This document shows, piece by piece, positions 43,739-53,693 of a stretch of 58,166 nt of DNA. The stretch spans positions 1-58,166 of the IMG/VR virus record IMGVR_UViG_3300010371_000006. One strand, given 5' to 3'. Positions within the stretch are counted from its first letter, which is position 1; the number at the start of each line of letters is the position of its first letter. Under the pieces are notes generated by a model, which saw only the letters and a list, made by a program, of their open reading frames with translations, was not told the DNA's origin and did not search any database. The position numbers and the translations under genes were made by a program. This DNA comes from a virus. Lineage: Duplodnaviria > Caudoviricetes.

Positions 43739-45475
43739 TTAGCGGCCTCTGGGTTTCTTAGCAGTTGTCTGCTTCGCCAACTTCTGACCCGACTCAGTCC
43801 CGTCGGACTCGTTGGTCTTGTTGGCGTTGTTACTCTGGTTGGGCTTCGGAGGCAGAGTCGTCGACTTCTGTCCGTTGACCCCGGCGGGCATCTGATCAGG
43901 ACCCCCACCACCCTGAAGAGCGGCGGCCGCTGCAGCAGCTGCGGTCTCAGCAGGGACGTTTCCGAGTTGACCGGCAGGCGTGTTGTACTTGAGTTCCTTC
44001 TCACGCTCAGCGTCGATCTGGTCCTGGATGTCGTCAGGGAACTCGTACCCGAGGAGGGAGACCTCCTGGCGGTAGTATTCGATCGAGATGACATCACGGT
44101 CAAGCATGTTGTTCAGCTCGTTGATCCGCTCAGTGCGGTCCTTGGGCAGCTTGTCGCCAACCTCGACGCAGATCTCGAGACCATCCGGCCAGGCCTCGCC
44201 TTCGTACGCCTCGCGGAACTGAGTCCACATCCAGAAGATGTGCTCGAGCTTGGCGATGCCGAAGAGGTCCCGCTCCTGAACCTTAGACGCGGTAGGCAAG
44301 AAGTTGACCGCGAGAGCCATCGGGTTCGAGGCGACCGCCGGCGGGACGTCGCCCATAGCTGCCGCACTGATACCCGAGGCTTCCTTGATCTTGTTCTCAG
44401 CGTACTTCACTGCATCAAGTGAGGGAGTGACTGAGGTGACCCCATCGATCCGCTTCATGAAGTTGCCGTTGGGGACTTCGAGCACCTGACCGGGCTCGAT
44501 GTTCCAGGGCAGCTCCTGACCCTGAGGTCCAGTCGGGGGAGGCGCGTCGGTGACGAACTGACCCAGACCGTCGAGCGCCAGAGCCACGTTCAGGTCAGTG
44601 ATCTGCTGGCTGACCCCGCGCATGACCCGCTCCATGCCCCGCATGTCCGAAGAGCCGAAGGGCTGACCGTCCATGGCGATGTTCTTGAACCAGAACACCG
44701 GAATGTGGTTGATTTGGTCAGGTAGCTGGTCGCCGGCGTTGAGGACCTTGTAGACTTCCTCTTGATCGGTCCAGAGCTTGTCGTTCTGAACGAGGATTTC
44801 CTCCTCGCTCCACACGTACCGATCCTTACCGGCCTGGGCGAGTTCGAGATCCGGCGGCACGGGCGTGTCCGGGTCGTCAGTGTTGGTCGAGACCTTGCCG
44901 ATCTCGTACCAGTAGTGGAGCCGGCGGACGAGCAGCTTGTCCTTGTCGGCCGGGTTGACGTAGGGCTCGACGATCCAGACTTCGGTGATGTGCTCGCCGT
45001 CGTCGTCGTCGAACTTACGCAGCACCTTGCCCGGATGCACCGAAGTGAGCGAGATGCGCTTGCCCTCAGGTTTGTCCGGGTCGGCCGTCATGTGGAGAAC
45101 GAAGTCGCCTCGGATGCACCCGCTGTGCTTCGCGGTGTGGAAACGAGGATAGAACATCTCTCGCTTCAGGAAGGCCTGGAGGTCGTCGTTCTCCTTCTTG
45201 TTCTTCTCCACATCCTCCAGCTTGATCAGGAGGCCCTTGAGGAGATAGTGGCTGATCGTGTCGACGACGATGCGGCCGTTCGGCACGTAGATCGGCTGCT
45301 CGGTGACCAACACGCGAAGGGCGTAGGACGAGTCCTCGGTCCAGTACATCGAGTCGAGCGAGTCGTAGACTGCAGCTCGCTGGGCGTCGTCCTTGGGCAG
45401 CCACGCCGGCGGCTGGCAAGTCGGGAACGGGTATGCCTGCCAGGGAGGCTGACCGCCGAAGTACTTAGTGCTCAT
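43739..45475 (-). CDS. Portal protein
   Basis: Follows TerL; IPVFWFKN, PFGSSD. Confidence 0.88.
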   Translation of the reverse strand: MSTKYFGGQPPWQAYPFPTCQPPAWLPKDDAQRAAVYDSLDSMYWTEDSSYALRVLVTEQPIYVPNGRIVVDTISHYLLKGLLIKLEDVEKNKKENDDLQAFLKREMFYPRFHTAKHSGCIRGDFVLHMTADPDKPEGKRISLTSVHPGKVLRKFDDDDGEHITEVWIVEPYVNPADKDKLLVRRLHYWYEIGKVSTNTDDPDTPVPPDLELAQAGKDRYVWSEEEILVQNDKLWTDQEEVYKVLNAGDQLPDQINHIPVFWFKNIAMDGQPFGSSDMRGMERVMRGVSQQITDLNVALALDGLGQFVTDAPPPTGPQGQELPWNIEPGQVLEVPNGNFMKRIDGVTSVTPSLDAVKYAENKIKEASGISAAAMGDVPPAVASNPMALAVNFLPTASKVQERDLFGIAKLEHIFWMWTQFREAYEGEAWPDGLEICVEVGDKLPKDRTERINELNNMLDRDVISIEYYRQEVSLLGYEFPDDIQDQIDAEREKELKYNTPAGQLGNVPAETAAAAAAAALQGGGGPDQMPAGVNGQKSTTLPPKPNQSNNANKTNESDGTESGQKLAKQTTAKKPRGR

Positions 45476-46878
45476 CGTCTACCTCCCACCGTCTTAGTGG
45501 TTCGAGTTTGCCGGGAACGACCCGCTCCGCCAGTCTTGGCAGCGCCGATGTGACCCTTGAAGAATCGACCTAGCGCCTCGGGGCCGTGGTTGTCTCGGTC
45601 GAGCGGCAGCTCGCCGGGATTCTTGCCTTCGCCGTACTTGGGATCCTTGTGCTCGGGCCAGCGGTAACCTTGACGCATCTCCCAGATAAGCTGCTCGCAG
45701 CTGCGGTCTACCCACAGGCTGGGCTGCTTGTCAGGGTGGTCGTCAGGCAGATGCTCAGGACGAACCTTCAGCGCGCGTCGTATCATGCGCACCCGGTCGA
45801 TGATCTCACCACCGGTGTTGTTGTTCGTATTCTTCTGCAGCTTCCTGCGAAGTATGTTGGCGTCAGAGGGTGCGGCCGGGTCGACATAGATCATGTTGAC
45901 GTGCTGGGTGAGTGGGTGCTCCAGCAACTCAGCGGCGATCTCTTCGGTGTCCCTCATCTGCCAGCGCTGTTCGTAGATGACGTAGACCTTACCCCATACG
46001 TCGATCTGTATCAGCAGCCAGACCCAGTCGTTGACGTAGCCGAAGTCGACTGCGGCATAGAGAGGAAGCGCCCGGTTGTACTCGATGTCCTTGACATGGA
46101 TGTCGGAGTCCCACTCCTTCATCACTCGTCCCACACGTTCGACGAACTTGGCCCCATACTGGCGGTCGAACTCGTCGTCGGTCAGGTCGTCCTTGGCCTC
46201 CTGAATCTCAGGATCATTGTATCCGCCAGGGAACACGATCTGGTTGGTCCAGGAGGGCATACGGATCGACCACCATGACTGCTTGGTGGGATCCTGACCC
46301 CGTTGGTACAGCGAGTAGAGCAGCGAGTCCTCCGCTGCCCCCTCAGGCACTCCCGACGTCAGCGACCAACCCCGCTTGTCGGAGAGCGCGGGTCGAACGT
46401 AGTCACCCCACATCTTCCGGCGTTGGCGGCCAGCCTCGACGATGAGCACAAAGTCGAGACCCTCACCGACAAGGGATTCCGGGTGTCGAGCCGATCGACA
46501 CTGCAGGTCGAATCCCCACTTGGTCTTGATGTGCATGTTGCCGTTCTCAACGTTGTTGAGAAACCGCTCGGAGAGGGTGTCGATGCCGAGAGCTCGGAAG
46601 GAGTTGTAGATGACACGGAACTCCTTCTCACAGTCGGTGTACTCAGGGCCGATGATCCACCCGATCATGGGCTGGCCCAGGAAGTTCCTGACGAAGGCCG
46701 CTGCTTCGCACTCCTTGCCGCCGACCAGCGTCTTGCCCCACCGTCGTCCGTTGCACAGCACCCGGTGTCGAGCCGGGTTATAGTGCACGAGCCGCTGCCC
46801 CCCGTGGGGGGTGTAGCCGGTGTTCTCGAAGTACAGATCCTTGCGGAAGACCTTGCCGCCGGGCGTCAGGGCGCTCAT
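45472..46878 (-). CDS. terL: Terminase large subunit
   Basis: PHGGQ, GRRWGKT, LVGEGLDFVLIVEA, VDFG, DPA, NHGPEAL. Confidence 0.93.
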   Translation of the reverse strand: MSALTPGGKVFRKDLYFENTGYTPHGGQRLVHYNPARHRVLCNGRRWGKTLVGGKECEAAAFVRNFLGQPMIGWIIGPEYTDCEKEFRVIYNSFRALGIDTLSERFLNNVENGNMHIKTKWGFDLQCRSARHPESLVGEGLDFVLIVEAGRQRRKMWGDYVRPALSDKRGWSLTSGVPEGAAEDSLLYSLYQRGQDPTKQSWWSIRMPSWTNQIVFPGGYNDPEIQEAKDDLTDDEFDRQYGAKFVERVGRVMKEWDSDIHVKDIEYNRALPLYAAVDFGYVNDWVWLLIQIDVWGKVYVIYEQRWQMRDTEEIAAELLEHPLTQHVNMIYVDPAAPSDANILRRKLQKNTNNNTGGEIIDRVRMIRRALKVRPEHLPDDHPDKQPSLWVDRSCEQLIWEMRQGYRWPEHKDPKYGEGKNPGELPLDRDNHGPEALGRFFKGHIGAAKTGGAGRSRQTRTTKTVGGRR

Positions 46879-46888
46879 GACGACCTCC

Positions 46889-47092
46889 TTACTTTGAACT
46901 GGGCAGGTTCGGGTATCGCCGCTTGACGGCGGCCCTCACCTGCGCCTTCTGCTGTGGCGTGCCGTCAGCGTTCACACGAGCGAGGGCGTCGACGGCGTGA
47001 GCCTTGTCCATGATCGGGTATTCCCGGGTGGCAGGGATGGCGAAGGCGGAGGCCGGGAGATTCTTCCGCATCTTCGTCGTCAGTTTGGCCAT
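46889..47092 (-). CDS. Small basic protein (DUF6582-like)
   Basis: LT...RKNLPASAFA.P..REYPI.DKAHA..ALAR. Confidence 0.6.
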   Translation of the reverse strand: MAKLTTKMRKNLPASAFAIPATREYPIMDKAHAVDALARVNADGTPQQKAQVRAAVKRRYPNLPSSK

Positions 47093-47094
47093 CG

Positions 47095-47415
47095 CTACAT
47101 CCAGTTCTGCGTGGCGTCGATGACGTCCTGGGTCGCCTGCCAGGCCTCGCCATACGTGGGGCCGTACGGCTGGCCGGTGACGAACCACGAAGGACGACCG
47201 TCGTTATAACGAAGTCCCACCCAGTTACGACGGTCCTCAAGAGCCATGCTGTTGTTGGGCTGACCCGTGAGAGCAGCAAGTCGAATCCGCTCCGTCTGGG
47301 TCAGGGCAGATGCCGCCTTGGGCTGTATGGTGTTCTTGACGGCGCGGGATTCGTACTGGACCCCGCCGTACTCGGAGCCCATCCGCTGGTCGTTGACGAA
47401 CTGGAAGGGCATCAT
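47095..47415 (-). CDS. Hypothetical protein
   Basis: RBS AGGAGGT. Confidence 0.65.
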   Translation of the reverse strand: MMPFQFVNDQRMGSEYGGVQYESRAVKNTIQPKAASALTQTERIRLAALTGQPNNSMALEDRRNWVGLRYNDGRPSWFVTGQPYGPTYGEAWQATQDVIDATQNWM

Positions 47416-47422
47416 GCACCTC

Positions 47423-47758
47423 CTAGATGGCGTAGGCCGCCAGGTGGATCAGCGCCGAGTCGGCGGTGACCTCGAGGCTGGAGCTGTAGTCGGCCACCGA
47501 GAAGGGACCGAACTTGATCGGCACGGTGGTGTTCGCCGGGATGGGGATCGGCGCCGGGTTGACCGAGGCGCCGGCGACCATGCGCGTCGGCTGGATGGTG
47601 ATGTGGTGGATCGAGGTGTCGGTGTTCGTGACCTCGATCCAGGTGGACAGGCCGGTGTTCTGCACCGAGTTGCCATTGACTGCGTCGGCCGCGACTCCCG
47701 CGGAACCCGCCGTGCCGGCGGCGGTGACTTGATTCACCGTGATGGCGGTACGAGGCAT
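47423..47758 (-). CDS. Putative small virion protein
   Basis: Beta-rich, FGPF motif, strong codon bias. Confidence 0.6.
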   Translation of the reverse strand: MPRTAITVNQVTAAGTAGSAGVAADAVNGNSVQNTGLSTWIEVTNTDTSIHHITIQPTRMVAGASVNPAPIPIPANTTVPIKFGPFSVADYSSSLEVTADSALIHLAAYAI

Positions 47759-47766
47759 CTTGACTC

Positions 47767-48000
47767 CTAGCTGAAAGCGGCCGGCGTGCCGCCAGCGACT
47801 GAGGTTAGTGTTTCGACTTCGGCCTTGTTGACCACGAAACTCGTGCCCTCAGGCCAGGTAAGTGCTTCGAGAGCGGTCTGAAGAGACAGGGCGAACTCAT
47901 CGGTCCAACCATCGTTGTTGCTAGTCATGGAGATGAGGCCGTTGGATGCGTTGCCCGAGATCATCAAGCTATAGACAGTCTGACTATTCTGATTGCTCAT
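47767..48000 (-). CDS. Hypothetical protein
   Basis: TGATG coupling to the fibre gene. Confidence 0.6.
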   Translation of the reverse strand: MSNQNSQTVYSLMISGNASNGLISMTSNNDGWTDEFALSLQTALEALTWPEGTSFVVNKAEVETLTSVAGGTPAAFS

Positions 48001-49910
48001 CAGTTCTCCACTACCGTGATGCTCATGGATGTGTGAGTCGCCTTCACGGCGTTACCTACGTTGTTCACACTGCAGCTGGCACGCAACTTGCAGACGTAGG
48101 TGCCGGCGGTTACACCAGTGACTCGCCAGGTCTGTCCCACACTAGCGCGGTAGCCGTTCGCTGCGGCGATGAACACCGCCTGGCGGGTGAGGTCAGATCC
48201 GTTCCAACTGCAGAAGCCGTTCATGGTGCAGGCGCCACCGTTGATCAGCATGTCGAAGGTGCCGTCGATCTCGATCGTGGCGTTCGAACCGGTAACTACC
48301 ACGCTCACCGAGCAGCCGGGGATATCTGTCTCAGTGCCGAAAGTGTTGAGATCGGAGGTGGAGCCTACGTCGTAGGTGCGCACCATGCCCAGAGTCAGGC
48401 CAGTGGAGCTGCTGTCCCGCCAGACCGGCACCCCGCTCTTGGCGTATAGAACACCACCACCGGCGGGGTTGGCCGTCGGGGCTGTGGTGGTGTTAGCCAG
48501 CTCCAGGCCACCGACCGTGCCAGACCCGAGCGTGGCAGAGGCGCCCAGCAGCAGGGTGGTGCCGATGTACAGCACCTTAGCGGCAGCACGACCCATCATG
48601 ATGTCTCGAGTCGCCGAGCCGCTGCCCCAGTTGTGGCCGCCGTTCACGTCGACCATGTATCGACCGACTGTGTCGCCTGCCACCGTGCCGCTCACCAGCC
48701 GACCCGTGTTGTCGACCGCGTTGTAGGCGATCGCCGCGTTGGTGGCGTTAGTCGTCGTGGTGTAGGTGATGTTGATCGCCGACGAGTCGGATGTTCGGTT
48801 GATCGCCGTCTGGTTGTTGACCGTCAGCTGGTTGCTGAAGATCTTGTTGCCGGCGATCGTCTGACCCGTGGTCAGGTCGACGAAGTTCTGAGTCGCCGAG
48901 CCGGTGCCTCCGTTGGCGACGCTCACCGGTGTGGAGAGGGCAAGGGTGTTGCCGGTCTTCGTCAGACCCGTGCCGGCGGTGATCTCACCTGCACCAGAGA
49001 ACTGGGTCCAGTTGATCGCCGTGGTGCCGACCACGAAGGGTCCAGCAGATCCCACGGTCCACCCTGAGGCACCGTTGGTTGTGCCCGACTCGACGAATAC
49101 GAAGGCGCCGGCGATCTCTGACGCCTGATCCATGTCCACATGACGGGTCAGGATGTACGGATGAGTGCCGTCGCCGACCTGGGTGAGGGTGTAGAGACCG
49201 TTGTTGGCCGCTGTCGCCTCATTTTTGACCAGCAGAAGCTGTCCTGCGGTCAGCGTCACACCGTCCTGAGCCGTCAGAGCCGCGTTGCTGGTCGCCGTGA
49301 GGGTCGCCCCCACACCGCTGGCGCCGTTGGCGTACGTGTTCGCCGGCAGAGTGCCTGTCGTGGCAGCCACTGCGCTCGGTTTGGCGGCGACACCCTGGAC
49401 GAAGGCGTCGACATACTGCTTAGTAGCTGCCTGAAGGTTGCTGGTCGGGTCGGCCGCGAGCGTCAGGGCGCCCGTCATCGTCCCGCCGCTTAGAGACAGC
49501 TTCAGAGCCGTCTGAGAGTCAACATACGACTTGCGCGACAGCTGATTCGCGGTCGTCGGGTCGCTGGCAGGTCCCACAGGAATCGAGCCGAAGGTCTTCA
49601 CCCCGTTGACCGTCTGCGTGGTGGCGAGGTCGACGAAGTTGCCGGCGAGGCCTGACAGGGGCAGCTGAGCGATTGGCACGAGCGCCGAGGCGTCGAGCGA
49701 CGGAACTCCGTTGGCCACACCCACGGCGGTGAGCGCGACAGCCCCTACATCTGCCGCATTCAGAGTGATGGAGCCGCCAGACTTGCCGTTGACGACCGTC
49801 GGGTTGCCCTGAGGACCCTGCATACCCGCCTGAGAGACCACGACCTGAGTCGTCGGTCCTGCGTCGGTGACTGAGACCTCGCGCATGGCGTCCAGAACAA
49901 GCACTGTCAT
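48000..49910 (-). CDS. Fibre-like virion protein
   Basis: Gly/Ala/Thr-rich; QTVNGVKTF, GGTMTGAL, AATKQYVD and AANNGLY motifs; start inferred. Confidence 0.75.
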   Translation of the reverse strand: MTVLVLDAMREVSVTDAGPTTQVVVSQAGMQGPQGNPTVVNGKSGGSITLNAADVGAVALTAVGVANGVPSLDASALVPIAQLPLSGLAGNFVDLATTQTVNGVKTFGSIPVGPASDPTTANQLSRKSYVDSQTALKLSLSGGTMTGALTLAADPTSNLQAATKQYVDAFVQGVAAKPSAVAATTGTLPANTYANGASGVGATLTATSNAALTAQDGVTLTAGQLLLVKNEATAANNGLYTLTQVGDGTHPYILTRHVDMDQASEIAGAFVFVESGTTNGASGWTVGSAGPFVVGTTAINWTQFSGAGEITAGTGLTKTGNTLALSTPVSVANGGTGSATQNFVDLTTGQTIAGNKIFSNQLTVNNQTAINRTSDSSAINITYTTTTNATNAAIAYNAVDNTGRLVSGTVAGDTVGRYMVDVNGGHNWGSGSATRDIMMGRAAAKVLYIGTTLLLGASATLGSGTVGGLELANTTTAPTANPAGGGVLYAKSGVPVWRDSSSTGLTLGMVRTYDVGSTSDLNTFGTETDIPGCSVSVVVTGSNATIEIDGTFDMLINGGACTMNGFCSWNGSDLTRQAVFIAAANGYRASVGQTWRVTGVTAGTYVCKLRASCSVNNVGNAVKATHTSMSITVVEN

Positions 49911-50143
49911 GCTGAAATCCATCCCCCGTCTCGCCAAAAGCCGTGAGTTCCACACCTAAGGCAGTGCACCGACGGGTGTATAGTCTGTCCGGGCTCACCA
50001 ATCCATACCCAACCAGAAACACCCGGCTTATCGAGCGGCAATTGACGCCTGTTGTTGGGGTTCTCCGTCTTCTTGTCTGCCATCAGACAGTCGTGGATAA
50101 AGGTGAAGGTGTCCGTGTCACCTATCTCACAGCGAGGCGTCAT
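49907..50143 (-). CDS. Small metal-binding protein (DUF6527-like)
   Basis: W.W....TIHPSVHCLRCGTHGFWRDGGW. Confidence 0.5.
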   Translation of the reverse strand: MTPRCEIGDTDTFTFIHDCLMADKKTENPNNRRQLPLDKPGVSGWVWIGEPGQTIHPSVHCLRCGTHGFWRDGGWISA

Positions 50144-50541
50144 GGCTTCGCCACCCTGTTCGGAGTGATCTGACCTGCCAGGATGTCGTACGCCGAGTCC
50201 GTGCCGGGGTTCGCCCACAGGGCCCAGAAGCAGTAGCCACCCCGACTGTCGAAGATCGCCTCAGTGGCGGTCGGCGACAGCGTCAGAGTGACCGTGCCAT
50301 TCGTAGGTGTGGGAATGCTGACCGACCCCATGGGGTTGCTGACGTCGGTGCTCAGGATCTTGACGGCCTGCACGAAGTCAGTTCCCTCAGCGGTGAACTC
50401 GACCACGACGCCGGTGAGATTCTGATTGCTACCGTCAGGATTCTGACACTGTATGGTCAGCACCCGCTGAGCTCCTCGGTCGACAGAGAAGTTAAGCTGA
50501 TCGCCCGAGCCGGTGTTCGTCGGCATCTTATCACCGCCCAT
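50140..50541 (-). CDS. Putative virion protein (BppU N-terminal-like)
   Basis: NLTG, G.VTLTLSP..T; lies between fibre genes. Confidence 0.55.
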   Translation of the reverse strand: MGGDKMPTNTGSGDQLNFSVDRGAQRVLTIQCQNPDGSNQNLTGVVVEFTAEGTDFVQAVKILSTDVSNPMGSVSIPTPTNGTVTLTLSPTATEAIFDSRGGYCFWALWANPGTDSAYDILAGQITPNRVAKP

Positions 50542-52213
50542 ACATGACGTAGTGACCCGTGTTCAGCGAGAAGCTCGACGGGGTGAAGTTGGATGGGAAC
50601 GTGGTCTGACCTGTCTTGAAGACTGATATGTAGTGGCCGTTCAACACCGGGATGTTGGCGGTCGAGGCAGTACCAGTGGCGGCTGCCTTCGGCACCGTGC
50701 CCGAGAAGTGGGTCAGCGCACAGAGGTAGTAGTTTGTGCCGGCGGTCACCGTGTGAGCCGAGGCCATCGTGCCCTCGGCGAAGCCGATAGAGCTCATGGC
50801 GGTGGTCATGTCGCCGGTCTGGTCGATCAGCACTCCGGCCTCGGTGAACAGTGCCAGGGCATTGACTCCCGAGCCGGTCACGCCCGCGGCCGTGATCTGA
50901 ATGCCCAGGGTCTGGATCGACTTCGTCTTCGTCGCCGTGACCAGGTTACAGACCATGTTGCCGGCCGTGATGTTGACCGTGAAGCCTGACTCGGTCGGTG
51001 GCACCGTCAACAAACCCAGGCCGAGCATGTCCAGCCAGTTGGCGGTCAGCGCGTTGATCGAGTCCGGCGACACCGGATCCGTCTGTCCCACACCATGGGA
51101 GGCGGCGTGAGCTGTGGGCGTCCGGCTGTTGCTGGTGGTCGCGTCGTTCGCTGAGAGCGCCTTAGCGGCGCCCGACCCGGCGGCACCGACCACTGGCACC
51201 TGGCTGAAGATCACATAGTCGGTGCCTGCTGAGGCGGCTGCACCCCCCGTGAGCTTCTGACCGTTGAGGTTCAACGCAGCCGTGGGCACAGCCATCTGAT
51301 CGAGCCGTACCGTGGCGACCTGACTCTTGAAGTTCGTGGTCGCCGAGACTTGCGGATTCGGATAAGTGCCCTGCAGGTCGCCCCCGGCCGTCCCTGATGG
51401 GGGCAGGGAGCTCGGGATCGTCGGCAGCTGACTCATGATGACGAAGTCGGTGCCCGCGACTCCCTGAGCGCCTCCAGTGATCCTGTGGCTGCCCATATCG
51501 AGCGCGCCTGTCAGCGCACCGCCGCTGAGGGGCAACAGCAAGCCCTCAGCCGTCATGGCGCGCTGTCGCTCAGTGGTCACCAGGCCGCTGGCGTAGGTCT
51601 CTGCGTTGTCCTGAGCTGTGGTGGCGTCGCCGGCGGAGTCGAAAGCTGAGGCGTTGGCGAAGGCCGCGCTGCCCAGCGACGCAGCGAGAGTGTTCAGGTT
51701 TTGGTTCGTCGTGTCGAGCGATGATTGCTCGGCGAGGCCAGTGACAGCGCCCGTGCGGCTGTTGACCGAGCTGACCGACGCAGCGGCGGCGTCCGACCAC
51801 TCAGCCTGGAAGTTGCCCAGCGACAGCAGAATCTGTCCGGCCGTGCCGGCGTTCGTCACTGTTAGGCCAGGCAGGGGCGTGGTGTCCACATCAACCGGCG
51901 TCTTGGCCGAGAGGTCGATCTCAGGCCCGTCAGACGACAGAATCTGTATGGGGTAGCTCTTCTCAGGCAAGCCCCGGAACTTCTGAGTGACCAGGTACGT
52001 CGAGTTGTCGGCGATCAGGTCGTTCGGCACCAACGGTGTGGGAGTCATGAAGCCGTTGACCACGGTCATGCGGACCGGAGCGGCCTTGATCAGTATCCCG
52101 TCGGTGGGATCTACGTAGTCAGAGGACAGAGTCAGTTCGACGAAGCCGTTGAGGCCGTCCAACGAAGGGTCGAACAGGTCTGTGCCGGTCAGTTTTACAG
52201 TAGTCAGGGACAT
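50531..52213 (-). CDS. Fibre-like virion protein
   Basis: VSSVNSRTGAV, AGGDLQGTYPNP and PTAHAASH fibre motifs. Confidence 0.75.
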   Translation of the reverse strand: MSLTTVKLTGTDLFDPSLDGLNGFVELTLSSDYVDPTDGILIKAAPVRMTVVNGFMTPTPLVPNDLIADNSTYLVTQKFRGLPEKSYPIQILSSDGPEIDLSAKTPVDVDTTPLPGLTVTNAGTAGQILLSLGNFQAEWSDAAAASVSSVNSRTGAVTGLAEQSSLDTTNQNLNTLAASLGSAAFANASAFDSAGDATTAQDNAETYASGLVTTERQRAMTAEGLLLPLSGGALTGALDMGSHRITGGAQGVAGTDFVIMSQLPTIPSSLPPSGTAGGDLQGTYPNPQVSATTNFKSQVATVRLDQMAVPTAALNLNGQKLTGGAAASAGTDYVIFSQVPVVGAAGSGAAKALSANDATTSNSRTPTAHAASHGVGQTDPVSPDSINALTANWLDMLGLGLLTVPPTESGFTVNITAGNMVCNLVTATKTKSIQTLGIQITAAGVTGSGVNALALFTEAGVLIDQTGDMTTAMSSIGFAEGTMASAHTVTAGTNYYLCALTHFSGTVPKAAATGTASTANIPVLNGHYISVFKTGQTTFPSNFTPSSFSLNTGHYVMYGR

Positions 52214-52280
52214 GTGGACCACCTCCCACACCAACCCACCCGGCGGCGTGTAAGCCGACCGGGTGGGAGCTTTTGTTGAC

Positions 52281-52430
52281 TCAGCTGTGCTTGAAGCCTC
52301 TCGCCAGACTAGCGCAAGCTATGGCGCAGGTCACCAGCGCCACCGACCAGGCCCAGCTGCCACCGTAGGCGCCGGCGAAGATCCCAGCGCCCGTGTAGAC
52401 GCAGGCCATGATCTTGAGGGCTAGGTTCAC
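52281..52430 (-). CDS. Small membrane protein
   Basis: Two short hydrophobic segments; GTGA overlap with thyX. Confidence 0.5.
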   Translation of the reverse strand: MNLALKIMACVYTGAGIFAGAYGGSWAWSVALVTCAIACASLARGFKHS

Positions 52431-53275
52431 GGTGCGACCCTCCCGTACTGCTGGAACGCCCGCCACGTGAACTGCATGTGCTGACCGAGGAACTGCTCCA
52501 TCGCCCGAGCCACCTGCTCGATCTCAGCCTGCGGCTTGCTCGGGTAGGCTGCCGACGGGGCCGAGGTGCGCAGGCTCAGGAAGTGCATGAGCGACCGGGC
52601 GTTGCAGGTGGCGTACATGGAGCTGTAGATGCCGACCGGCAGCACCGTGCGGGCGACCTCGCGAGCCACCCCGGCGTTCAGCATCTTACGGTAGGCGCGC
52701 CAGGCGACCTCGTAGGCGACGTGAGTGGCCTCAGTCACCGCCAGCTCCGTCTCAGGCGTGCCGTGTGTCAGCTCGTAGTGACCGGACTTGCCGATCTGCA
52801 CGAGCTTACGACCGACCTCAGGCACCCAGAAGTGAGGCTGCAGCTCACGGTACCGTGCCGACTCCTCGTTGTAGCTCCACCCCACACGGTGGCGGTGGAA
52901 CTCGCGCATCACGAAGACCGGCGCGGTGATCAGAAACGTGAACTGGTTGTGCTCGAACGGCGAGCCGTGACGGTTTCTCATCAGGTACTTGATCAGCAGC
53001 TCGCTGGGCTGGTCCTCGACGTAGGTGCCCGTGTCGGCACCGAGCGTGCTCACCCGGGCGGCGGCTACGACCATGTCGTCCGACGCGTTCACCGCCACCA
53101 GCTGCACGTGCATGTCGCTGTCGTACCGGATGTCGTACACCGGCACCGGATAGCCCTGCTCGTCCTGCTTGTGATGACGAGGCGTGCCTCCCGGCAGCCA
53201 CACGGTCGCCGAGTCACCCGCCTCGAACTGCTGGGGCGGATCGATCGGCGTCTCTCCCAGTACGTTGTCGTTCAA
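52427..53275 (-). CDS. thyX: Flavin-dependent thymidylate synthase
   Basis: AARVS, HGSPFEH, RHRVGWSYNEESARY, EVARTVLP, QAEI; alternative start at 53113. Confidence 0.95.
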   Translation of the reverse strand: MNDNVLGETPIDPPQQFEAGDSATVWLPGGTPRHHKQDEQGYPVPVYDIRYDSDMHVQLVAVNASDDMVVAAARVSTLGADTGTYVEDQPSELLIKYLMRNRHGSPFEHNQFTFLITAPVFVMREFHRHRVGWSYNEESARYRELQPHFWVPEVGRKLVQIGKSGHYELTHGTPETELAVTEATHVAYEVAWRAYRKMLNAGVAREVARTVLPVGIYSSMYATCNARSLMHFLSLRTSAPSAAYPSKPQAEIEQVARAMEQFLGQHMQFTWRAFQQYGRVAP

Positions 53276-53294
53276 GATATACTCACCCCTCCGG

Positions 53295-53693
53295 TTAGAA
53301 GAGAGTCGCCTGGAGGCCGGCCTCGGTCACCGCGATGACCATGTACTGCAGGCCCTCAAGCCTCTCTCTCATATCTCCTCGAGAGGGTCCCACCTGACCC
53401 GACGGGTGGCTGTGCCACAGAGTCAGTGAGCAGCCCTCGCTGATAGCAGTAAGTATATCACGACCACCATGACTAGCGAAGGCTCTCTTAATCTCAGCGA
53501 CCTCGACCTGGTAAGAGTGCTCAGGGTCTTCTGAGATGTTGGTGAGCGGTATCACCTCAGCGAAGGTGCCCGGCTGCTCCACGAGAAGGCCCACGGCCTC
53601 CCTGGGCAGCTCGTCGGCGATATAGCCCGCGATGCGCGCGAGGGCGTGATCAGGCAGCGGCGCCGAGGACAGCCAGTCAGCGTCAGCGGTCAC
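53295..53693 (-). CDS. JAB/MPN+ (Prok-JAB) metalloprotease
   Basis: PREAVGLL...WHSHPSG...PSRGD JAMM motif. Confidence 0.85.
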   Translation of the reverse strand: MTADADWLSSAPLPDHALARIAGYIADELPREAVGLLVEQPGTFAEVIPLTNISEDPEHSYQVEVAEIKRAFASHGGRDILTAISEGCSLTLWHSHPSGQVGPSRGDMRERLEGLQYMVIAVTEAGLQATLF

